Assembly: GCF_001194135.2 (NCBI RefSeq)
Contig: NC_068987.1
Location: 109,442,328-109,474,377 of the forward strand
Source of the DNA: Octopus bimaculoides
Lineage: Eukaryota
Length of the DNA: 32,050 nucleotides
Direction of reading: 5' to 3'
The notes under the pieces are model-generated. The model was not told the DNA's origin, did no database searches, and saw only the letters and a program-made list of their open reading frames with translations. Every line of letters starts with the position of its first letter. The stretch's first letter is position 1. Below, piece by piece: positions 1 to 11,112 of this stretch. Position numbers and translations under genes: made by a program.

Positions 1-169
1 AAAGAAAGAGAGAGATAGAGAGATCAACTATTTATCCCTGGTTTGACTGATATTGTTCAAGCCAGTTTAAGATGATGTCCCAGATTTCAGAAACCAATGA
101 TCTCATTGTCTGGAGATTAAAGTTAATCTAAAATTGATTTAATTTAAATTATTTTAAATATCTAAGATA

Positions 170-544
170 GGTGCCACGTTTGGCTGTGTAATTAAGATGC
201 TTGCTTCCCAACTACATGGTTCTGGGTTCAGTCCAACTGCATGGCACTTTCGGCAAGTGTTTTCTGCTATAGCTCTGGCTGACCAAAGCCTTGTGAATGG
301 ATTTGATAGACAGAAACTGAAAGAAGCTTGTTGTATATATGCATATGCATGCTTGTAATTGTGTTTCCTTGTCTAGACATTGCTTGAATGTTGTAAATGA
401 ATGCCCTTCATTCCAAATATATCTGGCCATGGAGGAAATATTATTCTGCTTGGAAACAGGTAAGATTTAGCAACATGAAAATCTGTCTCAATAAAGGCCT
501 CCAACCAATGTAAGCATGGAAAAGGGAACATTAAAACAATGATG
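170..544 (+). mobile_element. tRNA-derived SINE (head plus RTE-like 3' tail)
   Basis: Head 'tggctgtgta..gcttgcttcccaac.acatggttctgggttcagtcc' is shared with >10 other copies in the window (e.g. 17252, 29379); ends in 'gcatggaaaagggaacattaaaacaatgatg'. Confidence 0.8.
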
Positions 545-844
545 GGATCTTTTTTAAAATGGGGGCCACATTTTTCATTAACGAAACACTTTGAAACTTG
601 GAACACTGGTAGAATGTGTCATATAAAACATCTTTTTCTCTTAGTCTTCTTAAAAAAAAAAGAAATCCATAAGTTATTCCATGTTAAAGTTGTCGTATTT
701 CTGTAATTTCAACCAATCACTGACGTCCATTCAGCCGATATACATTAAGTGCCGACTACATAAACAAACGATTCTGAAACAATTAACCCTAACCCTAACC
801 GTAGGGTTAGGGTTAGAGTTAGGGTTAAAGCAAATAAAACGAAG
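545..844. mobile_element. Partial copy of telomere-palindrome foldback element
   Basis: 545-631 is the reverse complement of 30561-30647; 705-775 matches 30175-30245; central ttaaccctaaccctaacc/ggttagagttagggttaa at 783-828. Confidence 0.8.
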
Positions 845-896
845 GTATGGAGATTAAATACGCTTTACATCGCTTAATCAGCCAAAGGAGTAAATA

Positions 897-1180
897 NNNN
901 NNNNNNNNNNNNNNNNNNNNNNNNNNNNNNNNNNNNNNNNNNNNNNNNNNNNNNNNNNNNNNNNNNNNNNNNNNNNNNNNNNNNNNNNNNNNNNNNNNNN
1001 NNNNNNNNNNNNNNNNNNNNNNNNNNNNNNNNNNNNNNNNNNNNNNNNNNNNNNNNNNNNNNNNNNNNNNNNNNNNNNNNNNNNNNNNNNNNNNNNNNNN
1101 NNNNNNNNNNNNNNNNNNNNNNNNNNNNNNNNNNNNNNNNNNNNNNNNNNNNNNNNNNNNNNNNNNNNNNNNNNNNNNNN
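897..1180. other. Assembly gap (N run)
   Basis: Run of N. Confidence 1.
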
Positions 1181-1807
1181 TTACCTTTATAAAGAATTTT
1201 GACTTCATTAAACCCAAGTGTAGTAAGGTCAAATCTTGAGAATCTGGGCCTCACAGTTGAGATAATAGGTCAAGATATAGCATATGTCCAACAAATACCA
1301 TTCAGTCCGTGGTGTCTTACCATTCCCCCCCCCCCCACTTTCAGGTGAAGCCATGGTGCTGTGAACAATACAGCATCACGTGTTTGCCTACGGCAGTTAC
1401 ATGAAGAATAACAGCCTTGTTTGTGCCTCTCTCTCTCTTTCTACATATACACGCAAACACACTATAAATTTCACAGTATAATATAGAAAGCATCATAACA
1501 CACACAAAAATGCACACATAGCTTCAGAATAAACATTCAAGATCCCATCTTCTTAATATAATTAAATATTTTTTTTTTATTTGGAACATAATCTATACAG
1601 CAATGTAATCTTTGATTTAGGAAAAATACATATCAGAGCTGTTTGGCCCATAAAATTAAATAAATAAATAGTATCTTTTATCCTTTCTTGAAATTTCTAA
1701 AAGAATGATTTTATTTAAAATATCACGCCAATAAATTAATTACATCAATGTAATTACCATATATCTGTAGTTATTTAAAATTGTGTGGAGGGGATATTGT
1801 ATAATTA

Positions 1808-1966
1808 CCGTATTTCAAAGTGTATAAGGAACCCCTTAACTTTGGGGGCTTAAAATTTGGAAAAAAGGTATTGTAAGGGATTATAATACTACCCATGTAT
1901 AAGAAACTCCCATATTTTTTTAACCTAATTGACAAAAAAGGGTTCCTTAGACATGTTAAAATACAG
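1808..1966. mobile_element. Tc2/pogo-like MITE (Tc1-mariner superfamily), 159 bp
   Basis: Imperfect TIRs ccgtatttcaaagtgtataaggaaccc / gggttccttagacatgttaaaatacag; TA on both sides (1806-1807, 1967-1968); the CCGTATTT...TATAAG terminus is typical of Tc2-type elements. Confidence 0.7.
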
Positions 1967-2178
1967 TATGTCTTTTCTCCTGTGTGAATATATCTGTGGT
2001 TAAATATGATATTTTTCATACAAAACAACAAAGTGATGCAATTATTCTTCTTCATCAAAAGCATGTCAGATGTATTTAGTTAGAATGATTTCGATGAGGG
2101 TAATATGACTTTTCTCCTGTGTGACATTGCTTATGTCCAAGTCATATTTTAGAGGGTATAATTTACTTAATATCAATG

Positions 2179-2950
2179 TTATGACATCTCTCCTGCATGA
2201 ATCCATTTGTGAGTTGTTAAGTCACCATTTTGAGAGAATGATTTGTCACAGATATCACAGTGATATGGTTTATCTCCTGAATGAATACGTTCATGGGATG
2301 TCAAATAACTTCTGCGAGAGAATGACTTACCACAGACATCACAAAGATATGGTTTCTCTCCTGTATGAATGCGTTTGTGAATAGTTAAGTGACTGTCTAT
2401 AGAGAATGATTTACCACAGATATCACAGTGATATGGTTTCTCTCCTGTATGAATGCGCTTGTGTTTAGTTAAGCTACATGTTACAGAGAACGATTTACCA
2501 CAGACATCACAGTGATATGGTTTTTCTCCTGTATGAATACGTATATGGGTAGTTAAGTGACTTGTTTGAGAGAACGATCTACCACAGATCTCAGTGATAT
2601 GGTTTCTCTCCTGTATGAATGCGTTTGTGAATAGTTAAGTGACTATCTATAGCAAATGATTTACCACATACATCACAATGAAATGGCCTCTCTCCTGTGT
2701 GAATATGTTTGTGAGAAGTTACGTGAACTATTGTAGAGAATGATTTGCCACAGATATGACAGTGATAAGGTTTCTCTCCTGTATGAATACATTTGTGTCT
2801 GGTTAAGTTACTCTTTTTAGAGAATGACTTTTTACAGATATCACAGAAGTATGATGCTTTTCCTGACTGTTTATGTACCTCATCAGGGAAATCAATCCTT
2901 TTAGACAGTGTACTATACTTGACCTGGTTCTCATATAATTCAGTTTCCAT
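2179..2950 (-). pseudogene. C2H2 zinc-finger gene paralogue 1 (8 finger units), frameshifted after finger 3
   Basis: ORF 2950-2591 encodes a leader plus 3 fingers, then TGA. The shifted frame from 2586 continues [46 protein letters not shown]...[26 protein letters not shown] (stop 2181-2179), matching the 12045-13160 protein finger by finger. Confidence 0.88.
2591..2950 (-). CDS. Truncated 119-aa three-finger C2H2 protein (open part of paralogue 1)
   Basis: ATG preceded by an in-frame upstream stop; 3 intact CxxC..HxxxH fingers with TGEKP/TGERP linkers. Confidence 0.55.
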   Translation of the reverse strand: METELYENQVKYSTLSKRIDFPDEVHKQSGKASYFCDICKKSFSKKSNLTRHKCIHTGEKPYHCHICGKSFSTIVHVTSHKHIHTGERPFHCDVCGKSFAIDSHLTIHKRIHTGEKPYH

Positions 2951-3473
2951 AATTTTCTTCTTTCACAACATATATGGACACTCTTGTGTTAGAGTTTAAA
3001 GTCTGTTTTCTAATAAATATTTCCATAAGCTGTGATAGTTGTCAATATCTAAAGAAACTGCAAACAGCTACTTAGACAATGATTGATTATATTACTATCA
3101 TTTCATAGACAATTATTCCAAGATGGTTTATTACAGTAGAACATTGTCTTGTAATGTGGAGCAACATTAAAGTAAAACCATTTATCAAGACAAATCCATA
3201 GATGTAATTTCTTGCAGACAAACCAGATATGTCTTCGTGGTGTAATTCAGCTGAGTTCAATTACAACGCAAAATTATTTTGTTCATATTCCAGGTAGTGA
3301 AGTTAAGAAATTTTGCTAATATTCTCAGTTCATATAGAATATTTCATGGTAGTTCAAAAATAGATTTATATAAACAAGCGAGTGGGAGGTTGTTCTTTAT
3401 AACATTTTTGGATGATGAATATTGTTGATGCTTTGAAGAGAAAATATATTTAACACCACTGTCATCTAATAAT

Positions 3474-3490
3474 CTGAAATAATAAAGAAA
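3474..3490 (-). promoter_or_regulatory. Predicted splice acceptor of the coding exon of ZF paralogue 1
   Basis: Minus strand tttctttattatttcAG; 16/17 identical to the paralogous site at 13666-13682. Confidence 0.65.
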
Positions 3491-3892
3491 AATAGTGTAA
3501 AATATAAATGATATTTAAAAGGCAGAGATTCAATATTGAAATTTTTACATTTTTACACAAATAAACTGTAGTTTTAAACCTTTAGCTGAACAATTGAAAT
3601 TTACTTTATAATTTACTGTAAAATTACATTATGCAATCTTGTCGGAAGTCTTCTAATTTTCAAACTCCAGATAGATTTTTTTTCAGATTTTGTACCACAA
3701 TGCAGCCATTCTCAACATGAAACTGTGTGGCTCCTAAAGAACTATACATTTTTAGGAACCACATGAAAAAAAAAAAAAAGACAGTTTGGTGCTAGAGAAA
3801 TTTCTGAAAGGGCTCCCTACATATGAGCATTTGTTTAAGCTTTCATACTTCATTCTTTGTACTAATTTTAACAGTGAAGATATTTGGCAATA

Positions 3893-4039
3893 CCCGTCGT
3901 ATATATGCATATATATGTGTGTGTGTGTTTGTCCCCCCAACATCGCTTGACAACCGATGCTGGTGTGTTTACGTCCCCGTAACTTAGCGGTTCGGCAAAA
4001 GAACCGATAGAATAAGTACTAGACTTACAAAGAATAAGT
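3893..4039 (+). mobile_element. SINE body fragment running into gap
   Basis: Near-identical to the body of 17252-17630 (gtccccccaacatcgcttgacaaccgatgc...agaataagt). Confidence 0.85.
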
Positions 4040-4887
4040 NNNNNNNNNNNNNNNNNNNNNNNNNNNNNNNNNNNNNNNNNNNNNNNNNNNNNNNNNNNNN
4101 NNNNNNNNNNNNNNNNNNNNNNNNNNNNNNNNNNNNNNNNNNNNNNNNNNNNNNNNNNNNNNNNNNNNNNNNNNNNNNNNNNNNNNNNNNNNNNNNNNNN
4201 NNNNNNNNNNNNNNNNNNNNNNNNNNNNNNNNNNNNNNNNNNNNNNNNNNNNNNNNNNNNNNNNNNNNNNNNNNNNNNNNNNNNNNNNNNNNNNNNNNNN
4301 NNNNNNNNNNNNNNNNNNNNNNNNNNNNNNNNNNNNNNNNNNNNNNNNNNNNNNNNNNNNNNNNNNNNNNNNNNNNNNNNNNNNNNNNNNNNNNNNNNNN
4401 NNNNNNNNNNNNNNNNNNNNNNNNNNNNNNNNNNNNNNNNNNNNNNNNNNNNNNNNNNNNNNNNNNNNNNNNNNNNNNNNNNNNNNNNNNNNNNNNNNNN
4501 NNNNNNNNNNNNNNNNNNNNNNNNNNNNNNNNNNNNNNNNNNNNNNNNNNNNNNNNNNNNNNNNNNNNNNNNNNNNNNNNNNNNNNNNNNNNNNNNNNNN
4601 NNNNNNNNNNNNNNNNNNNNNNNNNNNNNNNNNNNNNNNNNNNNNNNNNNNNNNNNNNNNNNNNNNNNNNNNNNNNNNNNNNNNNNNNNNNNNNNNNNNN
4701 NNNNNNNNNNNNNNNNNNNNNNNNNNNNNNNNNNNNNNNNNNNNNNNNNNNNNNNNNNNNNNNNNNNNNNNNNNNNNNNNNNNNNNNNNNNNNNNNNNNN
4801 NNNNNNNNNNNNNNNNNNNNNNNNNNNNNNNNNNNNNNNNNNNNNNNNNNNNNNNNNNNNNNNNNNNNNNNNNNNNNNNNNNNNNNN
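4040..4887. other. Assembly gap (N run)
   Basis: Run of N. Confidence 1.
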
Positions 4888-5281
4888 CAAGGTATATTTG
4901 TAGAAAATTTCACGAAAAAATATTAATTTTCCTGGAAGTTAAGAAGAATTTAAGTGGACTCTGTTGGAATTTCCGAAAATTGTCCCCCACCCTCATTCCC
5001 AAAAACTTTTGTATATTCAGAATCTACATAATAAATACTATATGCATAGAAAATTTCATTAAAAAATATTCATTTTTCTGAAAGTTATGACCTTCCAAAG
5101 TCTGGGGGGTACAACTCTGTAGTTATGCCTTTTGGTAAATAAAAAAAAACGTAAGAAATAATAACTAAATCACAATGCTCTATCATTAAAAAAAAATGGG
5201 GGGGGGGGGGCTAACCTGGAACTAAACAACTGGAGACTAAAAGGATAAAAAGATATTGAATCGATAATACGATATAATTAA

Positions 5282-5288
5282 TACTTAC
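5282..5288 (-). promoter_or_regulatory. Predicted splice donor (GTAAGTA) of a 5' non-coding exon, ZF paralogue 1
   Basis: Consensus donor; adjacent exon sequence 5289-5342 aligns with 15426-15483 next to the identical donor in paralogue 2. Confidence 0.6.
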
Positions 5289-5754
5289 ATATCAATGTAG
5301 TTAAAATGCCAAACATGTTCATCTTGACGCATAAGAGAACAACTTTGAATGAATTCTTAAGACAATATCAATCAGAAAGAAGATAAAGACATCAAATACT
5401 GATATTTTATCTAACGTCTGATAGAGAAATTTTAATGTGTATCTATATCTTTTTGCAAGTGACAGGGACTTATTAACAGCAGGAGGGATGTTTCATTATT
5501 CGGAGAAATTGTCTTGTACACTTGTAGGTTATCCTTTAATACAATTTGCACACGCATTCGAGTCAAAACGAAAGATTGCCCTTGCTTTATTTTGTTTGTT
5601 TAAGATAAAATTAACGACTGATGTGCCGTAGACTTATTCTACCATATAGCCAAATCACATCTGTGACCACCCAAAAGCTAATTATAGTCAATAATTCGTT
5701 TTCTTTGGTTTTCAATTAATAAGCTGTGAGTTCATTGATTCTCAATATATTGTT

Positions 5755-5768
5755 ACCGGAAGTGACGC
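5755..5768. promoter_or_regulatory. ETS/GABP-type motif ACCGGAAGTG with adjacent TGACG half-site; candidate promoter of ZF paralogue 1
   Basis: tattgttaccggaagt here vs tattgctaccggaagt at 15891-15906, both about 470 bp upstream of the conserved donor. Confidence 0.5.
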
Positions 5769-6399
5769 AAGACCGGTGTTTATGGAAGAATCGATATCAG
5801 GAGAGTTAATTCTCGCTTTCTCTTTTGGAAGGTGAAAAAGAATAGAAAAAAAAAAATTCTCTGTCTGCAAAGATTTGCCAATTTCTAGATCTAGAAGAGT
5901 CATGGGCAAATTGCAGGACTTTCTGAATGGTACACCTAATTTTGCGAGGAAAATAAACGTTTATTAAAATTGCCTTGAATTTATTTTTAGTCGTGTGCTG
6001 AATCATATTTCACGCAGCCATCATCTCAAGAGTTGCACCTGCCTGATCTAGAGTCTTCTGAGACAACATAGCACATCAAAATATTCATCTAACAAATAGC
6101 TATAACTATAGTTCATTTTTTATAAAAAGTAATCTAGAATTCCTGCTAGTTTTTCGTTGTTAGTGTTGAATCATTTCTGTTTGATTCCCTGCGATTGATC
6201 TTTTTGAAATTTCTTTCGTAAATGTAGTTTCACATAATTTTCATAATTCGCAAGTTAAAACTACCACTAAGAGGTATTGTAGTTTATACACACAATCTGC
6301 TTTTCACTCTGAGAGGGGGAAAAAAAAACATAGATAAAAGGGCTGAGATCTTTTCCCAACCCATCCTTACTCTGGCTTCTATATTTTCAGAATATCCAA

Positions 6400-7165
6400 C
6401 AACACTACTAATAATGCTACCAAAGTAACAGAAGCTATCAACTACTTCTAGGGAATCTCCAGGGCTGTGTGCCCTAGGGCTAATTGCTCCTCTGCATCTA
6501 CAGTCTTCGGTTGGTTTGCTTTTTTATTCCATTGCACTTCTTGTGTATCCAGTTTACATTTGGTATGCCAAATGAAATTCATACTTCCTCCTTTTCTGCA
6601 TATTGATAACAACCATTTTCTGATGGTAACAGAGACCTGTCTTCTTTTCTCTTTACTTCAGCTTTTGTTAAATTTACCTTGATGCTTCTTGGTTTCATCT
6701 AGGGTTTGGAATTTCTCTAATTCCTTTAGATTCAGTTTAGTATGTCTTCAGCATAGAGCAGTGCTCATAGACAGAAGTTTTTAATTTGTCTAAGGCCTAG
6801 AGGACCAAAATAAATAGAAGAGGGCTGGGAACTGAGTACTAGAGGGCCTCTACCAATATAGTAAATTAGTTGTATTTATTTCTGGTTGCATTTACATCCA
6901 TGGTTTGTGTTAACCTTACAAGCCATTCATTTTTAATGACCACCAGAGCATGGAATCCAGTCAAAATGCCTTCTAGCTGGGTACTTCACTTGCAGCGATG
7001 TCACTAGGAAGATGGCATCAGGAGCTAAACTGTATCTAATCTTAGCTAATTCTCTTCCCAAATAATTGTGCTATGACTATTTCCATGACTTTCACTATTT
7101 TGTCCAATAATTTAATACTTGTGTAATTTAATCTTAGCACCAGCATTAGTGAGCTCTCACAACCC
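6400..7165 (-). mobile_element. Degenerate RTE-clade LINE ORF2 (reverse transcriptase) fragment
   Basis: Minus-strand peptides IKLLDKIVKVMEIVIAQL, DAIFLV..LQVKY, SVPSPLLFILVL, LLYAEDIL (YADD-like), DSLEVVDSFCYFG, interrupted by stops and frameshifts. Confidence 0.75.
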
Positions 7166-7482
7166 TATGATGTGTTCTTTTGTTCCTGGCTGTAAGTTCA
7201 AGAATGCAAATAGAACAGGGCTACAGCAGAAGAAGAAAGCAGGGATGGTGAAGGGAATGAGAGTATGACAGCAGAAATGAAATGGAGTGAGGGAGCAGGA
7301 GAGTATTGAACATCGTTAGCAAATGGCCTGAACGAGAGAGAAACCTGACTGGCAATACAGAAAAAGCACATCTTGTTGTGGTTGCTGTTGCTGCTATGGC
7401 AATCATTGAGCATGGCACCAGTTTTGAAAGTACATGTTAAACTGGATCAATAAAACTCATATTGATTTATTCGCTTATTTTT

Positions 7483-7680
7483 TTAGTAAAGCCCTTATGG
7501 ATCTTTTCCTTTTGGCCGGCACATAGAAAAAATATTTTTTTGTAACTAAACACTTTCAAATTTCGTATAGTGGTAGAAAGTGTCATTTAAAACATCATTT
7601 ACTCTTGGCGTTTTTAAGAAAATTGTTTATTTTTGAAGTTATTTCATGTTAAAGTTGTATTTCGGTAATTTCAACCAATC
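7483..7680. mobile_element. Diverged relative of the foldback element arm
   Basis: ggatctttt...cactttcaaatttcgtatagtggtagaaagtgtcatttaaaacat...aagttatttcatgttaaagttgtatttcggtaatttcaaccaatc aligns with 545-718. Confidence 0.65.
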
Positions 7681-8114
7681 AATTACGCTTATTGAGGTGA
7701 AAACAATTACTGCTGTGGTTTGTCAACAAGATGTTCCGGCAGTGTATATTTAGTTTGTCACTGTTATTTCTGATATATTTACATTTGAGATACACATGTG
7801 TATAGTTTAATCAATTCAGTTATTAGTTATTTAAAAAAAAATTTTTCAGTTTATTTTCTTTGTGAAACTTTTGGAAACAATTCATTTAAAAATTCTACAC
7901 AGATTTTGCTATTTCAGTTTTGATACTTCCTCACTCCAATGCAAAACCTGAAAGAATATTTAGTAGTATGAATACTGTTTAACCAATGTTAAGAAATAAA
8001 ATGATTTTAAGTTTTGCAGCAGTATTTTAATGTAATAACCCATTTTAACCCAGGTTAACCCTGTCAAAATTTTGAAGATAGTTATATAAATAGGGATAGC
8101 AAACATATGGAAGC

Positions 8115-9145
8115 ATCCAGTACATTGTAAAGTGATTGGCATTAGAAAGGGCATCCAGTCAAAGATGACATTACTGCTCAATGCAGTAGCTTACCAGATC
8201 CTGTCAAACTGTCTAACACATGCTTGGATAGAAAACAGAAATTAAATGATGATGATGATATATATATATATATAAGGTAAATAGTTTTATAAATATTTAG
8301 TCGAACTGTGATATGTTACATACTATTTAAAAACCATTGAATAAAGACAACTTGCAGCAATTTTTTTATTAACTAAGATAGACTAATAATGTACTATAGT
8401 TTTACATTATTTTTTATGCTTTTAAATGGACACTAATATTAGATAGTGGTGAGTTTGTAGCTTTTTTATCAGGAATATATATATATATATATATATATAT
8501 GGAAGGTGGATGTTAAACGAGGATGGTGATATGAGAGCCAAGCTTGGCTAAGTAGCTTGCTTCCCAACCATATGGTCTTGAGGTAGCTTCACTGCATCGC
8601 ACCTTGGGGAAGAGTCTGCAACCATAGCTCTGAGCCAAGCAAAGCCTTGTAAGTGAATTTGATAAATGGAAACTGAAAGAAGCCTGTCATATATGTATCA
8701 TCATCATCGTTGTTTAAACGTCTGCCTTCCATGCTAGCATGGGTGCATGTTTATATGTATCCTTGTCTTGAGATCCTGGGTTTAAATGAGCATCACTGAC
8801 ATTGTTTTTTTTTAGTCTTCTATGGAAGCAAAGTGGCCGAGTTCCTTTCAAGTGTTGGGCCTTATGGAGGCAATGACCAAGACCTTTGGTATTATGTCGT
8901 GCTTGAGAAGACCCATCAAGCTGAGCAAAATTGTAGTCGTGGCAGATACCGGTGTCACACAAATGGCATGTAAAAGCATCCATTACACTCTCAGAATGGT
9001 TGGCATTAGGAAGAGCATCCAGCTGTAGAAAACCATACCAAATCTGACTGGAGCTTGGCGCAGTCTTCCAGCGAGTCAGCCCAGTCAAACCGTCCAACCC
9101 ATGCCAGCATGGACAATGGACGTTAAATGAGGATGCGATCATCAA
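8115..9145 (+). mobile_element. Cluster of SINE head and RTE-3'UTR-derived fragments
   Basis: Tails ending ttaaatgatgatgat (about 8115-8260, 8845-9140), SINE head 8536-8697, inverted tail 8698-8750, (TA)n 8475-8500. Confidence 0.7.
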
Positions 9146-9217
9146 AATCTTGAAGCTATGAGATAGTGCAGGATTAATTCTAAATGTGAATAAATAAGTA
9201 TTACATTTGACAGTGAA

Positions 9218-9515
9218 AGCATGTGTCTTAGTGGTTAGAGCACTGAGCTCACAATCATGAGGTAGTGAGTTTGATTCCTGGACTGAGCTGTGTAGTGTGT
9301 TCTTGAGCAAGACACTTTATTATACGTTGCTCCAGTTCACTCAGTGGCAGAAATGAGAAGCGACATTACTGGTACCACGCTGTATCAGCCTTTTGCCTTT
9401 CCCTGGGATAACATCAGTGGTGTGAAGAAAGGAGGCTGGTATGTATGGGCAACTGCTGGTCTTCCACAAACAACCTAGCCTGGGACTTCTGCTTTGGTGG
9501 GGAACTTTCTAGGTT
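9218..9515 (+). mobile_element. tRNA-derived SINE, second family
   Basis: A box tagtggttagag, B box gagtttgattcc, then tgttcttgagcaagacactt...ttgctccagttcactcag. Confidence 0.7.
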
Positions 9516-9794
9516 CAATTTCAAAGGGGTTTTTACTCTTTTACATCTAAATGCTAAAGGTTTAGCATTATTTCTATTTGTAAATAAATGACTGAGAAAA
9601 GTAAATACATCTTTCTAAAAATATTGATTTCTTTATTAAAAATATTCACATATAGATTGGTGAGGTCAAATATGGAGATTTTGGGCCTCACAGCTCAGAC
9701 GACAACAGATCAAGACAAGGTGGTGATAAGCTGTAGTAAAGAACTTTGCAGCATTTGCAAATAAAAGTTGATAAATATACTGAGATGATGTTTT

Positions 9795-10031
9795 CTTCTC
9801 GTGCCATGTCAGGCTCATGAGGGTCGGCTTCCCCAGTTTCAATGGCGTATATATTCCCCACCTGGACAGGATGCCAGTCCGTCACAGGGTTACTCACTTT
9901 TACCAGCTGAGTGGACTGGAGCAACATGAATGAAGCGTTTTGCTCAAGAACACAATGCGTCGCCCAGTCCAGGAATCGAAATCACAATCTTATACTCATG
10001 AGTCCAACACCTTATTCACTAAGCCACGCAC
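9795..10031 (-). mobile_element. tRNA-derived SINE, second family, inverted relative to 9218-9515
   Basis: Minus strand gtggcttagtg...gatttcgattcctggactggg...tgttcttgagcaaaacgct...ttgctccagtccactcag. Confidence 0.7.
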
Positions 10032-10349
10032 CACAATAGATATATTGATGCATACAAATTAATATCCAGCTCAACCATCAAATTGTAATAGACTTGTACT
10101 ATGAATATAAGAAATGATAAAATTTTCCAAATACATTCCACCATCACAACAGCCTTCTTTATCTTCATAATTACTACTACTCGGCTTTATAATGTAGGGA
10201 AGTTACATATCCCCTCCATAGCAAGACACCTGTTCTTATCCCTCAATCATACTTTATCCTCTCAGCACCTGGTGTAAAGCCACTTCTCCCTTCCTCTAGT
10301 CAGTGGGGGCTTTTCTCTTTCCTGTCACACGACTTACTTGCAAATCTCC

Positions 10350-10527
10350 CAAGTGCAAGTGGCATGAGAAAAAAGTACCTAGTGCTCACTGTAAGGTGGT
10401 TGGCATTAAGATGGAAAATGTGCCAAAGATGACACTGGAGCTCGGCACAGCCCAATGGCTTGCTGGATCCTGTCAAACTATCCAATCCATGCCAGCATAG
10501 AAAACAGTCGTTAAATGATGATGATAT
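10350..10527 (+). mobile_element. RTE-3'UTR-derived fragment
   Basis: ggttggcattaag...ccatgccagcatagaaaacagtcgttaaatgatgatgat tail. Confidence 0.65.
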
Positions 10528-10707
10528 ATAAATTTCACACTAACATGATGAAAGAAAGCATAAAAGATATAGAAAATAAATAAATAAATACATAAGCCGA
10601 CTCAAAGAGATCTTCAGTGAGACACTTTATTGATATACCTGAAGAGAACCAGAACAAGTTGAAGCACATGTTGTACCCAATAAAGTCTATTACACATTCC
10701 ATCTCCT

Positions 10708-10746
<39 letters not shown>

Positions 10747-10750
<4 letters not shown>

Positions 10751-11112
10751 GTAGGTGTGGCTGTATGGTAACAAGTTTGCTTCCCAGCAAGTTTCCAGGT
10801 TCAGTCCCACTGCATGACAGCTTGGACAAGTATTTTCTACCACAGCCTTGTGAGTGGATTTGGTAGATGGAAACTGAAAGAAACCAGTCATTTATACATA
10901 CATACATCTATGTGTGTGTGTCTGTTTGTCCCTACCCCCTATAACTGATTGACAACAGATGTTGGTGTATTTACACCCCCATAACTTAGCGATTCAGTAA
11001 AAGAGACCAATAGAATAAGTACCAGGCTTTACGGAAAAAAGTACTGGGGTTAATTCATTCAAGGTCATGCTCCAGTATGGCCACAGTCTAATGACAGTAA
11101 CAAATAAAAGAT
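10747..11112 (+). mobile_element. tRNA-derived SINE, near full length, preceded by (TA)n 10714-10746
   Basis: Colinear with 17252-17630. Confidence 0.8.

Noticed and set aside
783-828. True telomere or chromosome fusion scar
   Set aside because: Only 3-4 units per side, embedded in a dispersed element, and polarity is opposite to a fusion junction.
1771-2064. 97-aa ORF containing IHTGEKTY
   Set aside because: Chimera of a relic finger linker and the Tc2-like MITE, not a gene.
2591-2593. Rescue of the UGA by A-to-I editing or selenocysteine readthrough
   Set aside because: The stop results from a frameshifting 2-bp deletion, so readthrough would not restore the downstream fingers.
825-4913. 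Long ORFs made of X residues (825-1254, 3868-4913; also 21839-22081, 30270-30578)
   Set aside because: Artefacts of translating N gaps.
7200-7420. Purine-rich stretch with short minus-strand ORFs
   Set aside because: Low-complexity composition, no recognisable domain or repeat identity.
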